64,000 nucleotides of DNA from Candidatus Aldehydirespirator sp. (GTDB lineage Bacteria > Actinomycetota > Acidimicrobiia > Acidimicrobiales > Aldehydirespiratoraceae): contig CBDCMW010000002.1 in NCBI GenBank assembly GCA_965219165.1, forward strand, positions 2,219,445 to 2,283,444, in the 5' to 3' direction. The notes beneath the pieces were generated by a model, which saw only the letters and a program-made list of their open reading frames with translations, had not been told where the DNA came from and ran no database searches. Positions 8,960 to 18,262 of this stretch are shown here, in pieces; the first letter of the stretch is position 1; every line of letters starts with the position of its first letter. A program made the translations under genes and the position numbers.

Positions 8960-9094
8960 TCAACGCCCGGTCGAGCGCGGCCATCTCGTCGCGATGCCAG
9001 CGCCGGGCTGATGCCCATGTCTGCCGAGCGCATCGCCCGCCGCCAGTCCCAGCAGGCAGCCCCGGAACCGGTCCCGCTCAGCGGGTTCGCTCAC
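8960..9094 (-). pseudogene. ADP-ribosylglycohydrolase N-terminal stub (44 codons)
   Basis: VSEPAERDRFRGCLLGLAAGDALG is the ARH/DraG N-terminal signature. There is a GTGA overlap with the phosphatase stop. The frame ends after 44 codons, next to the TA pair. Confidence 0.55.
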
Positions 9095-9651
9095 GCGGCG
9101 CCTCCCGGTGACGGCTCGGTCCAGTTGCGGATGTAGGCCCGCTGCTGTCCTGTTTGCGGCGAGCGGGGGTGGCGGTACCTCTTCTCCATTCCCTGCCACC
9201 GGTGCGCGATCGCGGCCAGAGCCTCGTCTCCCGTCATGCCGTGGCGCACGAGCCAGCAGCCGACCACGGTGCCGGTCCTGCCGATGCCGCCCCAACAATG
9301 CAAGTACACGTTCTTGCCGCCATCCAACGCCTCGTCGATGGCGTCGAGGATGCCGGCGGTCTGCTGTCGGCTGTGCGGCACGTTCATGTCGACGATGGCA
9401 TGGCGCTCGTGCACGAACCCGGTGCCGAGCCGGCTGGCTTCCTGGGCCGCGATCCCGGCATAGGGCTCCAACCCCTCGTCCCGCTGGGTCAGGTCGATGA
9501 AGCAGTCGAGGCCGGCTTGGAGCAGGGTCCGCAACCTGGCGGCGGCTTCGACGCGATTCCACGCGCCCGGATATTCCCCCGCCGCGAACCGGCCCGGATC
9601 GACCCAGTAGGTGTTCGCCATCGGCCGATCGTCTCTGCTTAGTGCGTTCAT
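9091..9651 (-). CDS. Cys-based protein tyrosine/dual-specificity phosphatase
   Basis: Has the HCWGGIGRTG P-loop (HCx5R[ST]). Confidence 0.8.
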   Translation of the reverse strand: MNALSRDDRPMANTYWVDPGRFAAGEYPGAWNRVEAAARLRTLLQAGLDCFIDLTQRDEGLEPYAGIAAQEASRLGTGFVHERHAIVDMNVPHSRQQTAGILDAIDEALDGGKNVYLHCWGGIGRTGTVVGCWLVRHGMTGDEALAAIAHRWQGMEKRYRHPRSPQTGQQRAYIRNWTEPSPGGAA

Positions 9652-9687
9652 GTCCTCACCTCTGAGCTCCGGTCTAGCGGCCGGCGG

Positions 9688-9756
9688 TCATAGCTTGGCA
9701 ACGATCTTCTCGATGGTGTTCCGAACGGCGGCGGCGAAGCCCACCGGAGGCCGGGT
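9688..9756 (-). pseudogene. DUF1697 C-terminal remnant (22 codons)
   Basis: ...AAVRNTIEKIVAKL-stop matches the end of the intact DUF1697 gene (NWNTLEKIVAKL-stop at 11663). In-frame stops lie upstream. Confidence 0.5.
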
Positions 9757-9801
9757 TCAGGTGATCTACGCCGACGGGACTCGGTGTGCCCGAGAGCGCC
9801 C

Positions 9802-11502
9802 TCACACCCCACTGACGTCGGTGAGCCACTCCGTAAGGATCGCGAGGAAGTCGGGGGCGAACTCGCGCTTCAGCCTGGCGTACTCGTTGACGCTGCCGGT
9901 GACGGCCTCCTGGAAGAGGTGATTCGTCGAGAAGATCGTGGCGATCGTGTGAGTCGGGACGCTCGACTCGGTGATGGCCTCGGACATGGCAGTCGAGTTG
10001 GCGGCTGCCGGAACCTGCGTATCCAGCTCGCCGTACAGGGCGATGACCGGAACGTCGAGGGCGGCTATGGCCGGCCTCGGGTCGTGCTCGAGGAACGACT
10101 CGAACCACGGGCTGTGCCATGTCGCCAGCTCTTCGGCGACGATGGAGTCCACTAAGGCGTCCTCGTCGGGTATCGCCTCCCGCGTCTGCTTCGGCATTGC
10201 CTCGAACTGTTGCTGAACCAGAATCCGCATGGTTGCTTCCGCCTCGTCCCATCCCTGCCCGGTGGCGACGGCGCGGAACACCGATTGCTGGAGCGCTCGG
10301 AACTGTTCGAACTCCTCGGCTGCGGCGCCGGACTCCTCGAAGAGCTCGAGCTGCTGCGCCGCCAGGATCTCCCCGGCAGGCACCGCAGGGGCAGCCAGAA
10401 GGGCCACGAAGGCGACGCCGTCGGTGCGGTTGGCCACCACCGGTGCGACGATCCCGCCCTCGCTGTGGCCGACCAGCCCGACGTTGCCGGCGTCGATGTC
10501 GTCGCGGGAGCGGAGCACGTCGACCGCGGCTTCGACATCGCCGGCACGGTCCTGGAGAGTGGCCTGCAGGCCGTCGCCCGTGGAGCCGCCGACGCCCCGG
10601 TCGTCGAACCGCAATGAGGCCACACCGGCGCCGGCCAGATGGTCGGCGAGCACTGCGAACAGCCGGAAGCCACCGATGTCGGAGTCCCTGTCCTGGTCGC
10701 CGCTGCCGCTGATCAGGACGACCGCGGCGTGGGGCCCGTCGCCCTCGGGCAACGTCAACTCACCGGCCAGGACGATGTCGCCGTTGGAGAAGACCACCTC
10801 CTCGCGGCGAAACGACGCACCTTCGCCGTACTCGCTGGGATCCTCGAAGCGCTGCAGCCAGAAGGTCTCCGCCATGCCGCCCTGGGTGAATTCGCCCTCG
10901 ATCACCCCGTCGCGCACTTCGCCCTCCCAGAGGGCGAGCCCGATGGGTGAGTCCAACTCGAAGTGGATGCGGCCCGCATCGAGCACGACGTTCGACAGCG
11001 GCAAACCGGACACGCCCTGGATGTCGATCGTCCCTCGAAGACCGTCTCCGGATGCGGTCATGTCCAGCGCAAAGGGCAGGTTGGCGGGTCCCGGTATCAA
11101 GATTTCGCCCTCCCAGCGCCCCTCCAGGTCCGCAGACCCCACGCCGGTCGCCCCGGCAGCATCTGGGGCGTCGGGATCCGCAGGCGCTGACGGTTGCGCC
11201 GGCTGGCTCGTGGCGGTCGTGCTGTCGACCGTCTCGACCGGCTCAGGGCTGGCGACCGTCTCCTCCGCGACCTCCGGAGCGTCCGATTCTGCAGGTGGCA
11301 GCGGTTCGGCCGGCGATGCCGACACCTCCGTGGAATCAACCGCGGCTACAGGCGCCGGCGCGGCCTCTGAGGGCGAGAGTTCCTGACCGCCGCACCCCGC
11401 CGCGGCAAGCAGCAGCACGACGAACACCGCGGCAAGAAGCCTGATATGTGTCACCTTAGCCAGCAATCGAATCTCGCAGGGGCACGGTTCCGGATCAGTC
11501 AT
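9802..11502 (-). CDS. Secreted lipoprotein, alpha/beta hydrolase
   Basis: Has a signal peptide and lipobox (LLLAAAGC), a Pro/Ala/Glu/Asp-rich low-complexity linker, and the GHSEGG nucleophile elbow. The start is uncertain: ATG 11502, GTG 11454 or ATG 11616. Confidence 0.75.
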   Translation of the reverse strand: MTDPEPCPCEIRLLAKVTHIRLLAAVFVVLLLAAAGCGGQELSPSEAAPAPVAAVDSTEVSASPAEPLPPAESDAPEVAEETVASPEPVETVDSTTATSQPAQPSAPADPDAPDAAGATGVGSADLEGRWEGEILIPGPANLPFALDMTASGDGLRGTIDIQGVSGLPLSNVVLDAGRIHFELDSPIGLALWEGEVRDGVIEGEFTQGGMAETFWLQRFEDPSEYGEGASFRREEVVFSNGDIVLAGELTLPEGDGPHAAVVLISGSGDQDRDSDIGGFRLFAVLADHLAGAGVASLRFDDRGVGGSTGDGLQATLQDRAGDVEAAVDVLRSRDDIDAGNVGLVGHSEGGIVAPVVANRTDGVAFVALLAAPAVPAGEILAAQQLELFEESGAAAEEFEQFRALQQSVFRAVATGQGWDEAEATMRILVQQQFEAMPKQTREAIPDEDALVDSIVAEELATWHSPWFESFLEHDPRPAIAALDVPVIALYGELDTQVPAAANSTAMSEAITESSVPTHTIATIFSTNHLFQEAVTGSVNEYARLKREFAPDFLAILTEWLTDVSGV

Positions 11503-11662
11503 ACTGCGGCCAGAACGCCGCGTTTGAACTAGGCGGCTGCGTGTGAAACACAGGGGCGACACCGCCATGCTCCGAAAAGCAATCGAGGAATCGAGGCGCT
11601 CCCGGGAGTCAGGCAAGAGGCGTCGTAACCCCCGGTGATCTAATCGGCCACGCGGTCAGCGG

Positions 11663-12199
11663 TCATAGCTTGGCAACGATCTTCTCCAGGGTGTTCCAGT
11701 TGCGTGCCGTGGCGACGACGCCGAACCGCTTCTCGAGGTACGCATACGCGAGAGTCATCGCCTTAACACCATCGGGAGTCCAAACGTAGGCCTCCGCACC
11801 CTCGATGGCGATGACCTCGGGGCTGTGGTCCTCCCCCAGTAGAGCCTCCACCACCTCGGGTGCGGGCTCCTGCGACAGGAACATCACCAGGTAACGCGAT
11901 GGGTCGGAGACGACCTCCCACAACGGATTGCGCTCAAGCACCCCCCGAACCTGGTCCGCCGTTCGCACGACGCAGGCAACGTCGACGCCGAACTCGTCGC
12001 TGAGCAACCGCTGCACGGCGCCGGCAACCTCGTCGGGACGATCCTCCGCGGTGGAAACGATCACGTTGCCGCTCTGCAACACGGTGGCCACATCCCCATA
12101 GCCCTCGCCCGCCAACTTCGACCTGAACTCCGCCATCGATACCCGATTGCGGGTCCCGACGTTGATGCCCCGCGGCATCACCAGATAGCGCTCAGTCAC
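11663..12199 (-). CDS. DUF1697 family protein
   Basis: The N-terminus RYLVMPRGINVGTRNRVSMAEFR is typical of DUF1697. Length 178 aa. Confidence 0.8.
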   Translation of the reverse strand: MTERYLVMPRGINVGTRNRVSMAEFRSKLAGEGYGDVATVLQSGNVIVSTAEDRPDEVAGAVQRLLSDEFGVDVACVVRTADQVRGVLERNPLWEVVSDPSRYLVMFLSQEPAPEVVEALLGEDHSPEVIAIEGAEAYVWTPDGVKAMTLAYAYLEKRFGVVATARNWNTLEKIVAKL

Positions 12200-12663
12200 A
12201 GTTCAGCTGCCGTGGTTCGTGCGAGGAACCGTTCGAGGTGGCCGGCGAGAACTTCGGGCTGGTCGATCGGGATCAACGTGCGGCTGTCTTCGACCCAGAC
12301 GAGCTCGGCATTCTCGAAGTGCTCAGCCATCGGCACCCGCTTCTTCGACAGGCCGCCGAAGGTGACCGGCAGGTGCCACAGCAGGCGCGGGCGCAAAAGC
12401 TGCGACGTCACGAAGGTGCCCCCCGGCACAGACGCGTTGAGGCACAGGAGCCGCCCGGGCAGGCCCGGTGGATAGTTGTCGAAGGCCTCACAGGACACGA
12501 GTACCAGGTTGTTGACCCGATCCGAGCCGCCCGGGCTGATCACGAGCTGGGCACCGCCCCAGTCGTTGCACACCAGCGTGACGTCGCGCAGATCGAGTTC
12601 GACGAGGAAGTCAGCGATCATCTTGGCGAGCGATCCGAGCGTCAGATCGGCGTCATCGAGCAT
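12196..12663 (-). pseudogene. Alpha/beta hydrolase (epoxide hydrolase/dehalogenase-like), N-terminally truncated
   Basis: Begins just before the nucleophile elbow (VCNDWGG). About 100 N-terminal residues are absent, and the MOSC stub ends only about 80 bp upstream. Confidence 0.55.
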
Positions 12664-12745
12664 CGGCGTGCGGTGCGCTCCGAACGGAGGCGCTCGCGCG
12701 CCAAGCGATGAAGCAGCGCCTCGGTCTCGGGGTCCGGCGGCTTCG

Positions 12746-13048
12746 TCAGACCTTCTTGACTCGGTCTCCGACGCGGATCGTTCCCGGCTTCACGACCCGA
12801 GTGTTGATGCCGCGAAGCCTGAGCCTTCTGCCGGTCTGGGAGTTGACCCAGCGCTGTGCGGCGAGGCCGTACCGGTCGATGAACTTCGCGCACCCGGTGT
12901 GGGGTATCGCGGTGACCTCGATCAGCGCCTCGCCGACGGCCAGTCTGGTGCCTGCGGGCAGGTTGTCTTCGCTGAGATCGAAGTCAACGTAGAGCTGGTC
13001 GCCGGCGAGCGGCCAACGATGGACCGGGCCTGCCAACACCTCGACTGC
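12746..13048 (-). pseudogene. MOSC-domain C-terminal fragment (about 100 codons)
   Basis: Reads GTRLAVGEALIEVTAIPHTGCAKF...RGINTRVVKPGTIRVGDRV. The N-terminal half is replaced by the ATPase gene that ends at 13099. Confidence 0.6.
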
Positions 13049-13098
13049 GCGTGAGTCCCTTGGAGGCCGATGGGGCGAGGCCGCATGATTGACCGGGG

Positions 13099-14334
13099 CT
13101 AGCTCCAGAGCGTGCAGATGGGGATCGCCTCGATGCGGTCGCCTAGGCGGTAGCGGGCTGGGCCGGTGTGCAGCAGCGCGCCGGCTTTGAAGCGGTCTCC
13201 GAGTTCGTCGCGAAGCCACACCAGGTGCCGGGCGTCGGCTGGTTTGGGCGCGCTGTGCGCCTTGATCTCGATCCCGACCAGTCCGCGCGCTCCGAGGTCG
13301 GCGACGATGTCCACCTCGTGGCGGCCGTCGCGGTCGCGCAGGTGGTGCAGCTTGGGCCAGCTGGGGTCCAATACCGCCTCGGCGCGCAGCTGGTTGGTGA
13401 CGAACGTGTCGATCAGGCGGCCCAGCAGGTGGCCGTCGCTCATGGCCACAGCGACATCGGCGCCGACCGCGGCGCCCCACAGCCCGGTGTCGGCGACGTA
13501 GCGCTTGGGTCCCCTGGCCAGGCGCTTGAGGCGGTTGGTGCTCCATGCCGGGAGCTCCGCTATGACGCCGAGGTCGGACAGGAGCGCCGCGTAGGAGCGG
13601 GCGGTGCGCCGGTCGAGGCCGGCGGCCTCGTGGAGGGTCGAGTCGTTGACGATTCCGGCCGAGTTGAGCGCGTAGGCCGTGAAGAAGGCGCCGAGGCGCA
13701 CGGGGTCCGGGCCCCGGCCCGGTCCGGCGTGCTCGTGGAGCAGGAGTTGCTCCACATAGCTCTCAAGCCAGGCCCTTTGGACGCTGCCCTCGAGCTCGAC
13801 GGCCGCCTCGGGGAATCCGCCCCGCAGGGCGATCTCTGCGTAGTCGCGCAGGTCGGGAGGGTCTGACGGCAGACGAGGCGGCTCCGCGCCGAGCAGCCCG
13901 TCGATGAACGGGCGGCCGGGCCGCGAGCGCTGCTCGCGGACCGTCAGCGGGTGCATGGCGACCCGGATGAGTCGGCCCGTTCCCGGCCACAGGACCGGGT
14001 CCGAATCGGACCGCACCGACCCCGTCAAGATGAAGCGCCCCGGACGGCGCTCGGAGTCGACGGCCCGCTTGACCGCCCCCAGCACCTCGGGGCATGCCTG
14101 CCACTCGTCGAGGAGCACCGGCTCGGGACGATCCCTCAGCGCCGCGTCGGGGTCCGCCCGGAACGGGAGGGCCTCGCGCTCGTTGTCGAGCCGCACGACG
14201 CTCGTAGCGTGCCGCAACGCTGTCGTGGTCTTGCCTGAGGCCCGCGCGCCGGTGATCATCACCGCTGGCGCCGACCCGAGTATCTCCGAGATCCAGGGGT
14301 CGACCAAGCGCTCGAGATACGCCTCCATGGTCAC
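13099..14334 (-). CDS. AAA_14/DUF4143 ATPase, paralog 2
   Basis: Has GARASGKTT, LLDEWQ and HEVDIV...IEIKAH motifs. Length 411 aa. Confidence 0.85.
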   Translation of the reverse strand: MTMEAYLERLVDPWISEILGSAPAVMITGARASGKTTTALRHATSVVRLDNEREALPFRADPDAALRDRPEPVLLDEWQACPEVLGAVKRAVDSERRPGRFILTGSVRSDSDPVLWPGTGRLIRVAMHPLTVREQRSRPGRPFIDGLLGAEPPRLPSDPPDLRDYAEIALRGGFPEAAVELEGSVQRAWLESYVEQLLLHEHAGPGRGPDPVRLGAFFTAYALNSAGIVNDSTLHEAAGLDRRTARSYAALLSDLGVIAELPAWSTNRLKRLARGPKRYVADTGLWGAAVGADVAVAMSDGHLLGRLIDTFVTNQLRAEAVLDPSWPKLHHLRDRDGRHEVDIVADLGARGLVGIEIKAHSAPKPADARHLVWLRDELGDRFKAGALLHTGPARYRLGDRIEAIPICTLWS

Positions 14335-14359
14335 ATCCTACCGTTGCGCAACAGGAAGA

Positions 14360-14464
14360 ATGTCGTTATAGCGCAGTGTTCGATGCTGTTCCGGTCGCTT
14401 CAGCGCATGAGTAGATGTCACTATAGCGCAGTGACGAAGCCTGTTCCGCATGTGCCTATAGCGC
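14360..14464 (-). promoter_or_regulatory. Three direct ATGT(C/G)NNTATAGCGC repeats upstream of ATPase paralog 2
   Basis: atgtcgttatagcgcagtg at 14360-14378, atgtcactatagcgcagtg at 14415-14433 and atgtgcctatagcgc at 14450-14464. Confidence 0.45.
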
Positions 14465-14698
14465 TCGCACCGGCATGCCGCTCATGCACGAACTCTGTAC
14501 CCAGCCGGCTGGCTCGGTTCTCGGTCGACCAGCGCGGCCTCGAGGCCCTTGGCGCGCCGGGCGACACGCCTGCCATGCGGCCCGAGGCGAGCGCCACGCG
14601 ATCCAGGACCTGCCAGAGCGTCGGGCACCATGAGGTCGACGTAGACGCCGTCGGGACTGACCCATCTGCCCGGGGGCTCACACAGTGTGAAGCCGAAC

Positions 14699-14910
14699 GA
14701 CGCGTTGAGGCACAGCAGCCGCCCGGGCAGGCCGGGTGGATAGTTGTCGAACGCCTCGCAGGACACGAGAACGAGGTTGGCGACCCGATCCGAGTCGCCC
14801 GGGCTGACCACGAGCTGGGCGCCGCCCCAGTCGTTGCACACGAGCGTGACGTCGTGGAGATCGAGTTCGACGAGGAAGCCGGCGATCATCTTCGCGATCG
14901 ATTCGAGTGT
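14699..14910 (-). pseudogene. Internal fragment of a second alpha/beta hydrolase paralog
   Basis: TLESIAKMIAGFLVELDLHDVTLVCNDWGGAQLVVSPGDSDRVANLVLVSCEAFDNYPPGLPGRLLCLNAS is about 88% nt-identical to 12442-12650. Homology is lost on both sides. Confidence 0.55.
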
Positions 14911-15274
14911 CGTGGTGGCGGTGTTCTTTGCTGACCTTGTCACCCGTGTCGTTCCACGGCACACGAGCAACCAGCAACGCATCCGGCGTAGCGGCCCAAT
15001 CGCGAACTCCTCCTGCGCCTACTGCCCTCACCTCACCCAAGGACGCAAGCTGGGGAACTGAGCGGCAGCGCCCACAGGGGGCCACTCAGCGGTTGGCGTT
15101 GTCATACTGCTGCGGTACGGTTCGGCCGCTCGGGCGGCACTCCATGCTGAGGGCTAGGGGCCGGGCGAATCGCTGTCAAGCACCGCACGGTGTCAGCCGA
15201 CAGCCGCGAAGCGGCCCGTGCACCCGGGTGGTAGCTTCGCCGCTGCATCGTCAAGCACACGTGGAGGCACGGAA

Positions 15275-15451
15275 GTGGCTGAAGTTCGAATCGTGACTCG
15301 CGAGCAGATGCTCGACGAGCTCACAGAGATACTCGCGGACGAGCACATGACGCTCGACGAGTTCACCGCCGCAGGACAGGCCGACGTTCTCGACGACGCC
15401 TTCCATCGCGATCTCTGGCTCTATTACAGGGACTGGATCATCAAGGAGTGA
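15275..15451 (+). CDS. Small acidic hypothetical protein (58 aa)
   Basis: GGAGG lies 7 nt upstream of GTG 15275. There is a GTGA overlap with the next gene. No recognisable domain. Confidence 0.45.
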   Translation: MAEVRIVTREQMLDELTEILADEHMTLDEFTAAGQADVLDDAFHRDLWLYYRDWIIKE

Positions 15452-16146
15452 CAGAAGCGACGCTGCGCGACGGAACGGAGAGGTTCGCCGACACCCTCAA
15501 CAACATCGTCGAGGCCACGATCGACACTGACATTCGGTTTCGGACCGACATCGCCGCGGATGCCGAGCGGGCCAACCTCCAACCGATTCAGCACCCGGGA
15601 CGCCGCTCGAACGGGTTCCCGCTCGTCCGCCCGGGCGACAATCCCCAAGCGCCTGCCCTACTGCTCGTCGCAGGGTTCGCTGTCGAGATGGACGACGCGG
15701 ACCGGCATCTGCGCGTCGCTAGTTCGACGATCGGCCTCTGGGTAGACATCACCGGGGCACGCAAGGATCCGCGCCCGCTGATCCGAGTCGAGTACGACCG
15801 CCGCAGAGTGGCCAGCGACCGAGCGGCCGCACACGTCCATCTCCACGCGCACTCTCCCGAACTGGCCTGGGTATACGGATCCAGCGGCCGGCCCGCTCCC
15901 GATCTCCATCAACTCCACTTCCCGGTGGGCGGTCAGCGATTCAGGCCGACACTGGAGGAGTTCCTCTTGTTTCTGAACCGGGAGCGCCTATACACCGACT
16001 TCAAGGACGGCTGGAGGCCAGCTGTGCTGGCCTCCCTTCGAGAGCGGGAGGAGGTTCAAGCCTCGGCGACTGCGAGGCGCTTCCCCCAAGCGGCCGCACG
16101 CTCACTAGAGCGCCTCGGCTACAGGGTCATAGCCCCGGCAGCGTGA
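15448..16146 (+). CDS. Hypothetical protein (232 aa), His-rich HVHLHAHS motif
   Basis: Clean ORF coupled to 15275-15451. I could not assign it to any family. Confidence 0.55.
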   Translation: MTEATLRDGTERFADTLNNIVEATIDTDIRFRTDIAADAERANLQPIQHPGRRSNGFPLVRPGDNPQAPALLLVAGFAVEMDDADRHLRVASSTIGLWVDITGARKDPRPLIRVEYDRRRVASDRAAAHVHLHAHSPELAWVYGSSGRPAPDLHQLHFPVGGQRFRPTLEEFLLFLNRERLYTDFKDGWRPAVLASLREREEVQASATARRFPQAAARSLERLGYRVIAPAA

Positions 16147-16213
16147 GGACCTGCCCGCCGACCTCCCGTCGAAGAGATCAGATCGCCAGTTGAGGAGTGA
16201 GGGTGCCGAGCGG

Positions 16214-18262
16214 TCAGAGCCGTTCGGGTTCCATGTGGCACCACTCATCGGTGCGCATTCTCCAGCCGTTGTCCTCGATGGCGATCTTCTTGCCGAAGGT
16301 CAGCCCCCATAGTGCTGTCATCGTGATCTCCCAGCGCACCCTTCGGTCTGTCGATTCGGCCACCCTGATTGTGTAGCTCGCTGTGGGCAGAGGGCTCAGC
16401 TCCTCTCTCAGGACTGCGCCGGGGGTGGGGAGCCCTTCTTCCAGTGGTTCAGGCACCTCGTAGTGCCCTTCCGACATCAGCGGGCAGTCGGAGAAGTCGG
16501 CGGGTGCCTGCAGTTCTTCGTGCTCTCGCATCAGGATGCGCCTGACGTCGTCGCTGTGGCCGGCATCGGTCAGGCACCACCGGGCCTGCTCAATACGCCA
16601 CAGCCCGTCGGCGGTGCGGCCGGCCTCCACAATGCCGAGGTGTATGACCCCGTCGGAGTCCTCCACAACGATCCGCCATCGATCTGATCCGAACCCGCGC
16701 TCGGCAACCTCGATGTCGTAGAGAGGCTCCGACAGGTCCCCGAGGTGGGCCAGAAGAGCTCGGGTAGCTGTCTCAAAGGTGTCAGAACCCCCGGTGTCCC
16801 GACTGTCGTGAGCGGCGAAAGTGGACCCCGTGCGACACGGGAACGAGTCACGGTACTCCGCAGACGTCAGCGGATCGGCGACCGCGGTGAGGGGCTTGGG
16901 CGGGAAGTGGAGCCCGTCATAGACCCAGCGTTGGCCCAGCGGATCGGACAGCTCGATGGTCACGGAGGTCGACGGGTTGTCCGGGCACGTCGCTGCTCCC
17001 GCGACCGGAACGACGGCGAACGCCACCAGCACCGCTTCGTCGGTCTCGATCACCTGGGGGTCCCTCAGCGCTTCTCCCATCTCTCGACCGCTGGCGCATC
17101 CACGCTCGGTGACCAGCAGGTCGACGGTCGTGTCGGCGGCACCGGGCATCGAGTCGGGGTCGAGGCGCACCTCGGCGCGGGCGAGCCCGGCCGGGAGCGG
17201 GACGGCCGGTTCACACGGGCGACCGGCGGCCTCCCCCGAGAAGATCCACTTGTCACCCTGGCGCTCGACGCCCGCGACACCGAAGCCGTCAGCGGCCAGA
17301 GCCGCGAACGTGGCCCGGTCGTCGTCGATGCTGATGACCACCCACCGTCCTCGGGGCAGGGTCTGGCCCCCGGGGGCGTCGAGCTCGCCCCTCAGCGCGT
17401 CCACGGCCGGGTGGTCGACCTCGTCGATCGAGGGCGGGTCGATCATCTGCGAGTAACGCACCGCCGGGGTGCCCGGACACGACACGAGGGGATCCTCCAC
17501 ACCGAGGTCGGGGATCACATCGAGCGGCCCGCTCGGCGGTTGCGACGTGCGAGTGACCTCGACACACACCGCCGAAGGGTCCGGGACGAGCTCTGCGATC
17601 TCGGCAAGGGCGCCCTCCGGCGGGTTCACAAGATCTAGATGGACGCGCTGGCGGCTGATGTAGAGCCCCGAACCGTCCAGGCCGAAGTCCCGACCGGCGA
17701 TCGCCCTGTGCACCCTGTCTGCCATGGCCAACAGCTCGGCCTCGCTGAACCGCACTCGGACCACGTCGATGACCACGTCCTCTCGTTCGCCCAGCGTCCG
17801 AGGATCGGTGACCGGTGGGCGCGGGTCGACGGCGGGATAGTCGTCCGGGGAGGGGGCGCGGGCCAGGATCGCCTCGCGATGAGCATCGGGATCGTCGGTG
17901 AATCCCAGAACGAGCGCGCCGCCGTTGGCCCGATCGATCCAACGCCCGCCGAAGGTGTCGGGATGCTCCATCGCGTACGTGGTCAGCACACCCTTGACGA
18001 TCGGATCGGGATTCTGGCGGGCGCCCATGGTGCCCTCGAACCGCGACCCCAGCCGGGGGACGTCATCGCAGTGCGCCAGCCCGGCCGTGGGGGAAGGTTC
18101 GGGCTCGGAGCCGACAACCGTGGGGGAAGGTTCGGGCTCGGAGCCGACAACCGTGGAGGAGGGGCCGGGCTCGGAGCCGACAACCACGACGTCCGCGGAA
18201 TCGGCACCGCTGCATCCGACGGCCAGCACCGCCACAGCCAACAGTGTCGCCGACGCCTTCAT
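16214..18262 (-). CDS. Large secreted lipoprotein, unknown function (682 aa)
   Basis: Has a signal peptide and lipobox (LAVLAVGCSG), followed by VVGSEPEPSPT repeats. Confidence 0.7.
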   Translation of the reverse strand: MKASATLLAVAVLAVGCSGADSADVVVVGSEPGPSSTVVGSEPEPSPTVVGSEPEPSPTAGLAHCDDVPRLGSRFEGTMGARQNPDPIVKGVLTTYAMEHPDTFGGRWIDRANGGALVLGFTDDPDAHREAILARAPSPDDYPAVDPRPPVTDPRTLGEREDVVIDVVRVRFSEAELLAMADRVHRAIAGRDFGLDGSGLYISRQRVHLDLVNPPEGALAEIAELVPDPSAVCVEVTRTSQPPSGPLDVIPDLGVEDPLVSCPGTPAVRYSQMIDPPSIDEVDHPAVDALRGELDAPGGQTLPRGRWVVISIDDDRATFAALAADGFGVAGVERQGDKWIFSGEAAGRPCEPAVPLPAGLARAEVRLDPDSMPGAADTTVDLLVTERGCASGREMGEALRDPQVIETDEAVLVAFAVVPVAGAATCPDNPSTSVTIELSDPLGQRWVYDGLHFPPKPLTAVADPLTSAEYRDSFPCRTGSTFAAHDSRDTGGSDTFETATRALLAHLGDLSEPLYDIEVAERGFGSDRWRIVVEDSDGVIHLGIVEAGRTADGLWRIEQARWCLTDAGHSDDVRRILMREHEELQAPADFSDCPLMSEGHYEVPEPLEEGLPTPGAVLREELSPLPTASYTIRVAESTDRRVRWEITMTALWGLTFGKKIAIEDNGWRMRTDEWCHMEPERL
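18085..18183. repeat. 33-bp x3 in-frame tandem repeat in the lipoprotein linker
   Basis: ccgtgggggaaggttcgggctcggagccgacaa at 18085-18117 and 18118-18150, with a diverged third unit at 18151-18183. Confidence 0.85.

Noticed and set aside
13049-13546. The upstream 166 codons of the 266-aa ORF 12746-13546.
   Set aside because: This part overlaps the well-supported ATPase gene in another frame and is Arg/Pro-rich. Only the last 100 codons look like MOSC.
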